A DNA stretch of 44,926 nt from an uncultured bacterium (lineage in GTDB: Bacteria > Bipolaricaulota > Bipolaricaulia > UBA7950 > UBA9294): positions 1-44,926 of the forward strand of contig CBFCYU010000001.1 of the NCBI GenBank assembly GCA_965602415.1, read 5' to 3'. A model generated the notes under the pieces. The model was not told the DNA's origin. It did not search any database and worked only from the letters and a program-made list of their open reading frames with translations. A program made the translations under genes and the position numbers. Shown here in pieces: positions 9,536-18,292 of this stretch. The number at the start of each line of letters is the position of its first letter. Position 1 is the first letter of the stretch.

Positions 9536-11023
9536 GTGCAGTATATGAACTGGATCCGTCAAAAGGAAACCTGGCTGGCAATCGGTGGCGGCGTCCTGGT
9601 CGCGCTATCGATGCCCGGATTCGGCGCAGCCCCGCTCGTCTTCGTGGCACTGATTCCGCTGTTCCTAGCTCTGGAGAAGGGGCGAGGCTTTGTACACGGC
9701 TACCTGTTCGGGCTCGCGTTCTTCGCGATCGACGTTCGCTGGGCCCTCACGGTGATCCGCTTCAATCCACTCGTCGCACCTGGGTACGCGCTTCTCGTCG
9801 CCTATCTGGCCCTCCCGTTCGGTTTGCTCGGGTGGCTGATGACGTGGCGAGCGAGCCGAACGACCTCATGGCGGTGGTTTCTTCTCGCTCCGGCACTGTT
9901 CGTCCTCGCGGAGTACGCTCGAACACTCGGGCCGCTGGGGACCGGGTTCTCGATGCTTCATCAAGCGCTGTATCGCGTCCCCTGGCTGATCCAGTCGGCT
10001 GCGATCTTCGGCTCGTGGTCGATCACCGCGCTCGTCGTCGCGATCAACGCCGCGTGGTACGTCGCGCTCCGTGAGAAATGCATCCGGCTTGCGCTCGTCG
10101 GCCTCGGCCTCTTCCTCGCCCAAGGGGCATTCTGGTTCCTGCCCGTGGGATTGGATGAAGACGCTTCCTCGCTCGCTGTCGCCGTCGTCTCTTCGAACAT
10201 CGCGCAGGAGGTGAAGCTCGACGGTCGCCACCTCGACGCTCTCACTGAACGATTCCTCCGCCTCGGAGAGAAGGCCATCGGAGGTGATGCCGATCTTGTC
10301 ATCTTCCCCGAGTCGTTCCTCCCCGCCTATATCCTCAACCGCGGTGACCTGTTTTCCCGGCTGGCTAACCTCGCCCGGTCCGGAGACACACGGCTTCTCT
10401 TCGGGACCGGAACCTACCGGGACGGGGAGATCTTCAACAGCACCGCACTCGTTGACAGCGAAGGCCAGTTGATCGGCACCTACGACATGGTCCGCCCCGT
10501 GCCGTTCGGAGAGTACGTCCCTGGCCGGGGAGTTCTCGAGGCGATCGGCCTCGGCTCGTGGGCGCGCGCCCTCCTCCCGCTTGATTTGAGTCGGGGAATG
10601 GGCTATGTGCCACTCGATGGGATCGGTACGCCGATCTGCTTCGAGTCGACTTTCCCCACGGCATCTCGCCAACTCACTCGGGCCGGTGCCTCTCTTCTCG
10701 TTACCGTGACCAACGACGCCTGGTTCGCCGGAAGCTCCGAACTGAAAGCCCACTTCGCCACGGCGGTCTTCCGCGCGGTTGAGAATCGCCGATCGGTCGT
10801 ACAGACGGCCAACGGGGGGATCTCGGGGTTCGTCGATCCACGGGGAAGGATCCTCTCCGAAACCTCCGAGGAAACGGTCTCGAGGGGGCACGTTCGGCTC
10901 TCGACAGCTCGGTCGATCTACACGGAACTGGGCGACGTGCCGTTCGTGCTCGCCATGGGTTGCGTAGCGGGAGTCTTCCTTACTCTGCGATTCCCGCGAC
11001 GAAGGGAACGAATCGGGAAGTGA
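9536..11023 (+). CDS. lnt: Apolipoprotein N-acyltransferase
   Basis: N-terminal multi-TM region plus a CN-hydrolase domain with DLVIFPESF (Glu), FGEYVP and PICFESTF (Cys). The start could also be the ATG at 9545. Confidence 0.88.
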   Translation: MQYMNWIRQKETWLAIGGGVLVALSMPGFGAAPLVFVALIPLFLALEKGRGFVHGYLFGLAFFAIDVRWALTVIRFNPLVAPGYALLVAYLALPFGLLGWLMTWRASRTTSWRWFLLAPALFVLAEYARTLGPLGTGFSMLHQALYRVPWLIQSAAIFGSWSITALVVAINAAWYVALREKCIRLALVGLGLFLAQGAFWFLPVGLDEDASSLAVAVVSSNIAQEVKLDGRHLDALTERFLRLGEKAIGGDADLVIFPESFLPAYILNRGDLFSRLANLARSGDTRLLFGTGTYRDGEIFNSTALVDSEGQLIGTYDMVRPVPFGEYVPGRGVLEAIGLGSWARALLPLDLSRGMGYVPLDGIGTPICFESTFPTASRQLTRAGASLLVTVTNDAWFAGSSELKAHFATAVFRAVENRRSVVQTANGGISGFVDPRGRILSETSEETVSRGHVRLSTARSIYTELGDVPFVLAMGCVAGVFLTLRFPRRRERIGK

Positions 11024-11071
11024 AACGGCTCAATCGCACTCCCCTCGGTTCGAATCGGGGGACTGCAGAGG

Positions 11072-12376
11072 TCAGCGTTTCGCGGCGGGCAGGACGTTGC
11101 TCCCCGCCTCGGTCAGCACCGAGACGGCGGCGGTCGCGAAATCGACCACATGGATCTGGAAGCCGCCGCTTCCGTCTTCCTTGACGAACGCGATCCCGCT
11201 GTCGTCCTCGAGCCAGGACGGGGCGAACTCGTCTTCGTCTGTCGTGATGTTCGTGTTGAGCACGCCGAGGTCCCCGATGTAGTCCTCGAGCGACATCGCG
11301 TTGCCCCCGTCCGCGGCGTCCATCACGTAGATGTCGATGATCCCTCCGGCCGTCCGCTCTCGGGCAAACGCGATTTTTGTCCCATCGGGCGACCACGTTG
11401 GCCGAGAGATCCCCGCTCCCACCGGGAGATCGAGCACCGTCGTCGGTTCGACGTCCCACCCCGGCGAAGCATCGCCGTCACGGCCTTCGTCGTCGTAAAG
11501 CCTACTCGCCGACCCGATTGAGTCGTCCCACAGCCAGATCGAACTACCACCGTCTGCGGCCTCATTAGAGACAAACAGGAAGTCGTCGTTTACCGGCGAG
11601 AAGACCGGCGCAATCGCCCACGACGGGGACTGCGAGGTGACCTGTTGGTTGCCCGTGCCAAGCGAGGTCATCGTGTGGATCTGCCACCCCCCCGACTCGT
11701 TGGACGCGTACGCGATCGTTGACCCGCTGACGGACCAATCCGGTTGGATCTGGTTCGAGCCTGTCTGAGTCAGCTGCGTTCGATTCCCGCCGGTGACGGT
11801 CATCGTCCAGATGTTCCACCACGTGTTGTCCTCGGCTGCGTAGGCGATCCGGTCGCGTCTGCCCGGTACGACGTCCGGGAAAAGCTCTTCGGCTCCCGTG
11901 GCGGTAACGGAGACCAGATTCGTTCCGTTCGACTGCATCCGGTAGATGTCGTAGGTGTCCCCGCGGGCGGAGGCGAAGGTGATCATCACCGGCCCGATCG
12001 TCACGACCGCGTTGGCCATCGCGATCCGACCGTCGTTGTCGGTGATGGTTAGCAGGACCGTGAACGTCCCCTCCTTCGCGTACTCGTACTCGATCGGTAC
12101 CGACACGTCCGTGCCGGCTACAGCCGCCGATCCGTCCCCGAAATCGAGCTCGTATGTGGTGATAGCCCCATCGGGATCGCTCGAATCACTGATGTCGAAC
12201 GTGATTGTCACCGGGACTTCCCTGTCTCCTCCGGCATCCGCGACCAGCAACGCAATCGGAGCCTGCCCGAAGAATCCTCTACACGCGGCAAGACCTGCCC
12301 CGAGGAGCGCCGCCAAGAGAATGGCGGCCGCAAGTCTTGCTCTGTCTAGTCCAGCAGTGTTCCGTGCCGCGAACAT
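11072..12376 (-). CDS. Lipoprotein with one PKD domain and a TolB-like (PD40) beta-propeller
   Basis: Lipobox LGAGLAAC. PKD module (ITFDISDSSDPDGAITTYELDFGDGS...TVLLTITDNDG). Repeated W-x-PDG-x-IAF type blades (RPTWSPDGTKIAFARE, QPDWSVSGSTIAYASN, APSWLEDDSGIAFVKE). Confidence 0.8.
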   Translation of the reverse strand: MFAARNTAGLDRARLAAAILLAALLGAGLAACRGFFGQAPIALLVADAGGDREVPVTITFDISDSSDPDGAITTYELDFGDGSAAVAGTDVSVPIEYEYAKEGTFTVLLTITDNDGRIAMANAVVTIGPVMITFASARGDTYDIYRMQSNGTNLVSVTATGAEELFPDVVPGRRDRIAYAAEDNTWWNIWTMTVTGGNRTQLTQTGSNQIQPDWSVSGSTIAYASNESGGWQIHTMTSLGTGNQQVTSQSPSWAIAPVFSPVNDDFLFVSNEAADGGSSIWLWDDSIGSASRLYDDEGRDGDASPGWDVEPTTVLDLPVGAGISRPTWSPDGTKIAFARERTAGGIIDIYVMDAADGGNAMSLEDYIGDLGVLNTNITTDEDEFAPSWLEDDSGIAFVKEDGSGGFQIHVVDFATAAVSVLTEAGSNVLPAAKR

Positions 12377-12522
12377 CTCGTCGACCTCCTTGCATCACGT
12401 CAGCCGTTTTGCGATCACTCCACGCGGGTCCGTGAAAAGCGTTCGGTTCAGTCTACCCCTGTTCCTAAGCGAACTTCCGGGACGGCAGACAACTGGAATC
12501 GGAGGGTTCGTCTTGGGGCAAG

Positions 12523-13143
12523 GTGACCGATGTCGCACCGAAACTTCCACCCGAGAAACCGTGTATATTGGTGACCGAGGAGGCAGCGGGAAACGTGTAC
12601 GGTGTGCAAGACGAGGTGAGTCTGTTGAGAGCCTCACTCGAAGGAGAGACAGCAGCCTGGGGAGAGATCATCTCCCGCTACAAAGACGCCGTGTTCGGCC
12701 TTTGTCTTGGGTTTCTGCGAAACCGTGCCGACGCAGAGGACATCACGCACGACGCGTTTATTCGTGCGTACGTCAATCTGCGGCGCTATAACCTGGAGAA
12801 GCGGTTCTCGACGTGGTTGTTCACGATCGCCGCGAACCTGTGTCGGAATCGCCTTCGATATCGCCGCAATCACCCGGTCGCGGAGCTTCCGGCTCAGATC
12901 CGCGGCGGTGCGGACCCCGCGACGATTGTCGCAAGGGACGACCGACACGCTGAGGTCCGCGAGGCTCTCACTCGACTGCCGTACGGGTACCGCGCTCCGC
13001 TGGTCCTGAGATTCTACAACGATCTCTCGTACCGCGAGATCGCCGAGATCCTATCGATCCCGGAAGGGACAGTAAAAACGAGGATTCATAGAGGGAAAGC
13101 CATGTTGAAACAGCGGATGGAGGAGGATCGTGATCCATCGTGA
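12523..13143 (+). CDS. ECF-type RNA polymerase sigma factor (sigma-70 family, group 4)
   Basis: Region 2 (DAEDITHDAFIRAYVNLRRY, FSTWLFTIAANLCRN) and region 4 HTH (SYREIAEILSIPEGTVKTRIHRGKAML). The start is uncertain, with an internal GTG/TTG possible. Confidence 0.88.
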   Translation: MTDVAPKLPPEKPCILVTEEAAGNVYGVQDEVSLLRASLEGETAAWGEIISRYKDAVFGLCLGFLRNRADAEDITHDAFIRAYVNLRRYNLEKRFSTWLFTIAANLCRNRLRYRRNHPVAELPAQIRGGADPATIVARDDRHAEVREALTRLPYGYRAPLVLRFYNDLSYREIAEILSIPEGTVKTRIHRGKAMLKQRMEEDRDPS

Positions 13144-13721
13144 GACATAATGAAATCGACGACATCCTGCGGGACACGCTTCGACAAGAGGTCGCGGAGA
13201 CGACGGCCGGACTGGTCGGCCTCGAAGAGCGGGTCGCCATTGAGCTCGGCGAGCGTTTCCCGCGGCTTCGGATTTCCGATTGGGTGAGGCAGTTGCTCGC
13301 GCCGACACGCGGAGGACGCATTGGGCAGCTCAGCGTGATCGGCGCGACGGCAGCGATCTGCTTGTTGGTCGGGGTTTTCGCCGCCAACCAGTTCGGATTC
13401 GACGGTGGTCCGCCGAGAATCCGGCTCACTCCGTCCCGAGCCGCGGACGGGAGCCAGGAGGTCCTGTTCGTCCTGCCCGCTCTCAACGCGACCGACGTCT
13501 CGGTCGTCGGCAACTTCAACTCGTGGGAGCCGACCGCCCTGTCGGACGATGACAACGACGGGATCTGGATGGCAAGCATCCCGCTTCCGCCGGGCCGCTA
13601 TGAGTACGCTTTCGTCATCGACGGTCGCTGGTGGGGGCAGGATCCCCTCGCCGATGAGTACGTGCAGAGTTTCGGCGAGTACAGCTCCGTACGATACGTC
13701 GGAGGAGGTGACGGCGCATGA
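13140..13721 (+). CDS. Anti-sigma-like single-pass membrane protein with C-terminal AMPK-beta/CBM48-type glycogen-binding-like domain
   Basis: GTGA overlap with the sigma gene and one TM (LSVIGATAAICLLVGVFAA). The extracytoplasmic domain has VVGNFNSWEP...LPPGRYEYAFVIDGRWWGQDP, matching the CBM48/AMPK1_CBM pattern. No zf-HC2 motif seen. Confidence 0.7.
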   Translation: MRHNEIDDILRDTLRQEVAETTAGLVGLEERVAIELGERFPRLRISDWVRQLLAPTRGGRIGQLSVIGATAAICLLVGVFAANQFGFDGGPPRIRLTPSRAADGSQEVLFVLPALNATDVSVVGNFNSWEPTALSDDDNDGIWMASIPLPPGRYEYAFVIDGRWWGQDPLADEYVQSFGEYSSVRYVGGGDGA

Positions 13722-14416
13722 AGCGCTTACCACGAGCGTGGGAGGCTGCTCTGATTGCCCTTCTTCTCGTTTGGCTCGGGGTCTCCACCCTTGCTCAGAC
13801 CCCGGTTTCCGAATTCGAGCAGGCCCTCCGGGCGATCCCCGTGTCGGACATCCATCGTTGCGTTGCCGCGATCGAACTCGGACTGAGCCAGCCGAGCTTT
13901 CCGGCCACAGAAGTCCTCCAATTGATCGAACGACTCGCAACGACGTCGCATTCCGCTCAGGAGAAGGATGCGCTCCTCCTCAACGTCGTGATCGCGATGG
14001 AGGAAGGGCTCCCCGTCGACGGCCTCGTGACGAAGGGCCTGGAGGGGCTCGCCCGCGGGGTCCCCGTACCGCAGATCGAGCGGAGCCTGCACCAGCGCTT
14101 GACCCTGCTCGCGGAGACCCGTGACTTGCTCTATGCGAAGGGGATCTTCAGCGTCGCCCCGGGTAGCCCCCCATCGGTGCCCACGGCGCTTCCGACACCA
14201 CGCTTCAACCTGCTTGTGACCCACATCTCCGACACCATCGCCGACTACCTCGAGGGAGGGGGGAGTCCGTTCGAGGGGCAGACGCTGTACCAAGAGGTCC
14301 GTTTCCGCCTGACATCGCTCGAGGGAGTGACCCTAATTGCCGAGGACGTCGATCTCGTCCTGAGGCGGATCGAACCGGCAGACATGACACGAGTCGCCCT
14401 CTCGGCTGTATCGTGA
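13718..14416 (+). CDS. Secreted hypothetical protein (helical)
   Basis: ATGA overlap with the upstream gene, signal peptide (ALIALLLVWLGVSTLAQT), no recognisable family. Confidence 0.6.
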   Translation: MKRLPRAWEAALIALLLVWLGVSTLAQTPVSEFEQALRAIPVSDIHRCVAAIELGLSQPSFPATEVLQLIERLATTSHSAQEKDALLLNVVIAMEEGLPVDGLVTKGLEGLARGVPVPQIERSLHQRLTLLAETRDLLYAKGIFSVAPGSPPSVPTALPTPRFNLLVTHISDTIADYLEGGGSPFEGQTLYQEVRFRLTSLEGVTLIAEDVDLVLRRIEPADMTRVALSAVS

Positions 14417-14462
14417 TGAGGAGACAACTTGTGAATTCGCAGAGAATGAAAGGGAGGCGAAC

Positions 14463-16853
14463 ATGAAAGCGAGAACTTGGAGAACCGGAGTCGTTCTCTT
14501 GTCCATCCTCGCGCTCGCCGCTGTCATCGGAATGGCGCAAGTGCCCGTGGCCCCCAAGGGGATCATCGCCACGCCACCGGACAGCGAACTCGAGGTGAGG
14601 ATCTGGGTCGGCAAGGGCGCTTACGCCATCGGCGAAGCGATCACCATAACCTACAGCGTCAACAAACCCGCCTACATCTACATCTGGGACATCCAGCCGG
14701 ACGGGATCGCAAACCAGCTCTTCCCGTATCCTTCGTCGGGAACGCCGAACAACTACGTGCAAGCCGGCGAACACAGCCTCGGGCCTCCTCCCGGCAGCAG
14801 CGGGTGGGTTATCGGCCCGCCGGCCGGCACGGAGTACCTCCAGATCCTCGCCACGACGAGCCCCGTCCAGCCGTTCGCGTACATGACACAGGATCCGGAG
14901 GTCTTCCAGCAAAGCATCGAGGCCCAGATTCTCGGGATCCTTCCCGTCGAGGAGCGGAGCTGGGGCTTCACCAGCTTCGAGATCGTCTCCGGGACCCCTC
15001 CCTCCTACGGGAGGGTCACGATCAACTCGAGTCCAAGCGGCGCCCTGATCAGCATCGACGGCGACTTCGCCGGCTACACCCCGCGAACGCTGTTCGTCGA
15101 GCAGGGATTTCATCGCATCTCGGTGACCAAGCCAGGATATCTGGGATGGAACGCCGCGATCTTCACCATCGGAGGCTTGACGAGGACGATCAACGTCACG
15201 CTCGAGCCACTCGTCCCTGTGAATACTCCGCCGGTTGCGTTGTTCAGCTACTCGCCGGCAAGCCCGGGCGTCGGAGAGTGGATTCAGTTCGACGGCTCGG
15301 CGTCCGTCGATCCGGACGGGACCATCGCCTCCTACTCGTGGAACTTCGGCAACGGCTCGACGGGTTACGGGAGTTCCGCATGGCAGCGCTTCATGACCCC
15401 CGGGGTCTACACCGTTACCCTCATCGTCACCGACAATGATGGAGCGTCCGATTCGATCTCTCAGACGATCCAAGTCGGTTCGGCCAACCAGGCTCCATCG
15501 GCCGCGTTCGTGTTCTCGCCAACCAACCCTGCCGTCAACGGCTGGGTCCAGTTCGACGGTTCCGGCTCAGTCGATCCGGACGGATCGATCGTCTCGTACT
15601 CGTGGGACTTCGGCGACGGGACGAGTGGTACCGGCGCCGTTGCCTGGCACCGGTTCACCGGGCCCGGCACGCATCTGGTCACGTTGACCGTTCAGGACAA
15701 CAACGGTGTGAGCGACTCAACGTCCCAGGCGATCCAGGTCGGAGCAACCAGCCTGCCGCCGACCGCCGCATTCACATACTCGCCGGTGAGCCCGGGCGTC
15801 GCGGAATGGGTCCGATTCGACGGAACCGGCTCGAGCGATCCAGATGGCACGATCACCGGATACACGTGGTCGTTCGGCGACGGGACCCCGTCCGTCGGGG
15901 GAAGCGCCGTCTACCATCAGTTCGCCGCGCCGGGAACGTACCTGGCCACGCTCACCGTTCAGGACAACGACGCCGCGACCGATTCGACGTCGCGTACGAT
16001 CGTCGTCGGGACGGCCGGTCAGCCTCCGGTTGCCGCGTTCACCTACTCCCCGCTGACACCGGCGGTTGGACAGCCAGTCCTGTTGAACGCGCAGTCATCG
16101 TACGATCCAGACGGCACCATCGTCTCGTACTTCTGGGATCTCGACGGTAACGGTTCGGACGACATGACCGGTTCTCTCGGCCAAGTCACCTACCAGAGCG
16201 TCGGCACGGTCTTCGTCCGTCTGACGGTGATCGACAACGACGGCCTCTCATCCACGACGACGCAGCCGATCGTCGTGTCAAGCGGGGGTGGAACACCGCC
16301 CGGCGGCGAGCCGCCGATGGGATCGACCCCCGGCTTGTTCGTCTGGGGAGCCGACAGCTGGCACATCACCGTCAACGCCGGGGCCGGATGGATCGGACCG
16401 CACAACTACCGGATCGAGCTCCGGACCGATGGTTCCTTCCAGGACGTCGGGCAGACCACGGACAGTGGGGCCGGCGCGGCTCCTGCCGCACCGATGGGGA
16501 TCCTCCCCACCCCCACCCCAACTGAGGGAGGAAAGACGCTCATCTACGAGGGGTCCCTGCAGACCGGGAGCATCGACCACACGTTCCGGATTCCCGACTC
16601 GCAGAGCATGTGGCTCCACTTGCAGTTGGACATCGACGGCGACGGAGACCTGGAGACTTCACCGGGCATCGTGTATCTGCGGTACTCGATGGTGAATCCG
16701 CCCACCTCGCCGTTCGTCGTCGGACTGCCCAGAGGAAGCAGCGCCGATCTCACGCCAAGTCTTGACTTCCAGATCGGAAACGCGATCAGCTACACCGCGA
16801 CGAGCCGGTTCGTCTACTGGACCACCACGATCTCCAACCTGGAGAGTCCGTAG
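14463..16853 (+). CDS. Secreted multidomain protein: DUF4384-like + PEGA + five tandem PKD domains + unknown C-terminal domain
   Basis: Signal peptide. DUF4384 pattern (GEAITITYSVNKPAYIYIWDIQPDGIANQLFP...YLQILATTSP). PEGA (VTINSSPSGALISIDGDFAGYTPRTLFVEQGFHRISVTKPGY). Five copies of F.YSP..P..G.W..FDGS.S.DPDG.I..Y.W.FGDG...TVTL.V.DN.G. AGGGAGG RBS. Confidence 0.85.
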   Translation: MKARTWRTGVVLLSILALAAVIGMAQVPVAPKGIIATPPDSELEVRIWVGKGAYAIGEAITITYSVNKPAYIYIWDIQPDGIANQLFPYPSSGTPNNYVQAGEHSLGPPPGSSGWVIGPPAGTEYLQILATTSPVQPFAYMTQDPEVFQQSIEAQILGILPVEERSWGFTSFEIVSGTPPSYGRVTINSSPSGALISIDGDFAGYTPRTLFVEQGFHRISVTKPGYLGWNAAIFTIGGLTRTINVTLEPLVPVNTPPVALFSYSPASPGVGEWIQFDGSASVDPDGTIASYSWNFGNGSTGYGSSAWQRFMTPGVYTVTLIVTDNDGASDSISQTIQVGSANQAPSAAFVFSPTNPAVNGWVQFDGSGSVDPDGSIVSYSWDFGDGTSGTGAVAWHRFTGPGTHLVTLTVQDNNGVSDSTSQAIQVGATSLPPTAAFTYSPVSPGVAEWVRFDGTGSSDPDGTITGYTWSFGDGTPSVGGSAVYHQFAAPGTYLATLTVQDNDAATDSTSRTIVVGTAGQPPVAAFTYSPLTPAVGQPVLLNAQSSYDPDGTIVSYFWDLDGNGSDDMTGSLGQVTYQSVGTVFVRLTVIDNDGLSSTTTQPIVVSSGGGTPPGGEPPMGSTPGLFVWGADSWHITVNAGAGWIGPHNYRIELRTDGSFQDVGQTTDSGAGAAPAAPMGILPTPTPTEGGKTLIYEGSLQTGSIDHTFRIPDSQSMWLHLQLDIDGDGDLETSPGIVYLRYSMVNPPTSPFVVGLPRGSSADLTPSLDFQIGNAISYTATSRFVYWTTTISNLESP
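15228..16280 (+). repeat. Five diverged tandem ~255-bp coding repeats (PKD modules)
   Basis: Periodic recurrence of ...TTCGACGG.TC.GG.TC.G.CGATCC.GACGG... and of the protein pattern listed for the CDS. Confidence 0.8.
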
Positions 16854-16869
16854 GAAGCACACACCTAAG

Positions 16870-16906
16870 GAGGGACCGCACATGCTGCGGTCCCTCTTTT
16901 CCTTTC
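16870..16906 (+). terminator. Intrinsic terminator after the PKD protein gene
   Basis: 11-bp stem GAGGGACCGCA/TGCGGTCCCTC (16870-16880 / 16886-16896), 5-nt loop, then TTTTCCTTTC. Confidence 0.75.
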
Positions 16907-16909
16907 GAG

Positions 16910-16939
16910 TTGCTCTCCGATCGAGGCGAGCGGTAAGAT
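16910..16939 (+). promoter_or_regulatory. Sigma-70-like promoter TTGCTC-N18-TAAGAT
   Basis: Located just after the terminator. The -10 ends 9 nt before the ATG at 16949, and no SD is visible. Confidence 0.35.
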
Positions 16940-16948
16940 CTTCCCGCC

Positions 16949-18292
16949 ATGAGGTATCGTTTCTTGTCCGTCGACTGGCGGCTCGATCATCCGAGCATCG
17001 AACGGGAGGAGTTCTTCGGCCGATCGTCCGTTTCGGGATGCGATGTTGTTTTCCTCGATCCGCTGGGCATCTCTCATCGTTGGACCTCCGACATCGCCCC
17101 GGGTGGAGACGGGATCCGACGGACCGATCCGCAACGGGATCGCGGTTTCGGACGTACGCTGAGTGCCTGGATGGGGCGGCGCCGCGCCGAAGCGGAGGAT
17201 CTACTGCTCAAAGGCGGTGGCCTCCTCGTCTGTAGGCTCCGCGCACGGGGGGAGCCGCTGGAGATCTCGTCCGGTGAGGAACCGCCCGAGCGCCTCGATC
17301 GCTACAGCTGGCTGCCGAGCGTCTCTCTCGTTGACCGTCAGCATCAATTCAGCTTTCCCTCCAACGGCCGTTTCGTCTCCCGCCACGGAGAGGACGTCGT
17401 CTTCGAGGAGTCCGGAAGCCCGTTCGAGGCGTATCTTTGCCGATTCGAGGGACACCTCGCCTACGACGCGGTCTATCAGGATCTTCTCTCCACCCCAATC
17501 GACCGGTTCGCCACCGTGCTCGCCCGCAATCGCGTCGGCGACGTCGTCGCACTCGAGATCCCATTCGACGAAGGCCGGTTGATCCTCGTCCCGCCGCTCG
17601 TGGGCGTTGCCCCGTCGCAAGAGGCGGTCGCTCTGCTCGAGGCGGTCGAGAAGACCGCAGCCCGCCCGGCGTTCTGCTCCGAGCCCGATTGGCTCCCTGC
17701 GTACCCCGTCCCAGGAGAGGAAGGACTCGACGACGAGTTGGCCGGGTTGCGCGAACGCCATGCGACCCTGTCCGCAAAGATCGACGAAGTCTCCGAGCGG
17801 CTAGAAGGGAAGACGCGTTTCAAACGAATCCTCTACACCAGCGGCCGATTCTCTCTCCTTCCGGCGGCGGCCGATGCGTTTCGTGCCCTTGGATTCGATG
17901 TCGAGCAAGACGATCAGACGATCGAGCTTCGCTCAAACGAGGGAGACGCGATCGTTCTCGCCGTGGCGACGGAGGGAGGCGCGATCGGGCTCCCCCCCTA
18001 TCGCCGTCTGCTGAGCGCGGTCGACCGTGAGGTCACCGAAGGGGAAGGGGCGCGGAAGGGGATCCTCGTGGTCGGCGGATCTCGGGAGCTCGATCCGAAG
18101 CGCCGTCCGACACAGTTCACCCCCGAAGTGCTTCGCGGCTGCCAGGCACAGGGGTTCTGTCTGATGACGACCTACCAGTTGTTCAAGCTCGTCCAACGTG
18201 CCGTCGCGGCCCCGAAAGCTGCCGATCACGCCGATCTGCGCCGGCTCCTGCTGGAGTGCGACGGGGAGCTTCGGCGGGTGGACGCTGCGTGA
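16949..18292 (+). CDS. Hypothetical cytoplasmic protein, 447 aa (unknown N-domain, coiled-coil linker, Mrr/PD-(D/E)xK-like C-terminal fold suspected)
   Basis: Long ORF with ordinary protein-like composition, unlike the Arg/Pro-rich shadow ORFs on other frames. Its stop overlaps the mraY GTG (GTGA). Confidence 0.7.
   Translation: MRYRFLSVDWRLDHPSIEREEFFGRSSVSGCDVVFLDPLGISHRWTSDIAPGGDGIRRTDPQRDRGFGRTLSAWMGRRRAEAEDLLLKGGGLLVCRLRARGEPLEISSGEEPPERLDRYSWLPSVSLVDRQHQFSFPSNGRFVSRHGEDVVFEESGSPFEAYLCRFEGHLAYDAVYQDLLSTPIDRFATVLARNRVGDVVALEIPFDEGRLILVPPLVGVAPSQEAVALLEAVEKTAARPAFCSEPDWLPAYPVPGEEGLDDELAGLRERHATLSAKIDEVSERLEGKTRFKRILYTSGRFSLLPAAADAFRALGFDVEQDDQTIELRSNEGDAIVLAVATEGGAIGLPPYRRLLSAVDREVTEGEGARKGILVVGGSRELDPKRRPTQFTPEVLRGCQAQGFCLMTTYQLFKLVQRAVAAPKAADHADLRRLLLECDGELRRVDAA

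Noticed and set aside
12377-12522. ECF-type autoregulated promoter upstream of the sigma gene (candidates GAACTT...TGGAAT and TGAAAA...TCTA)
   Set aside because: No candidate has both a convincing GGAAC/GAAC -35 and a CGT/TCNAA -10 at 16-17-nt spacing. It cannot be called without the ECF group consensus or TSS data.
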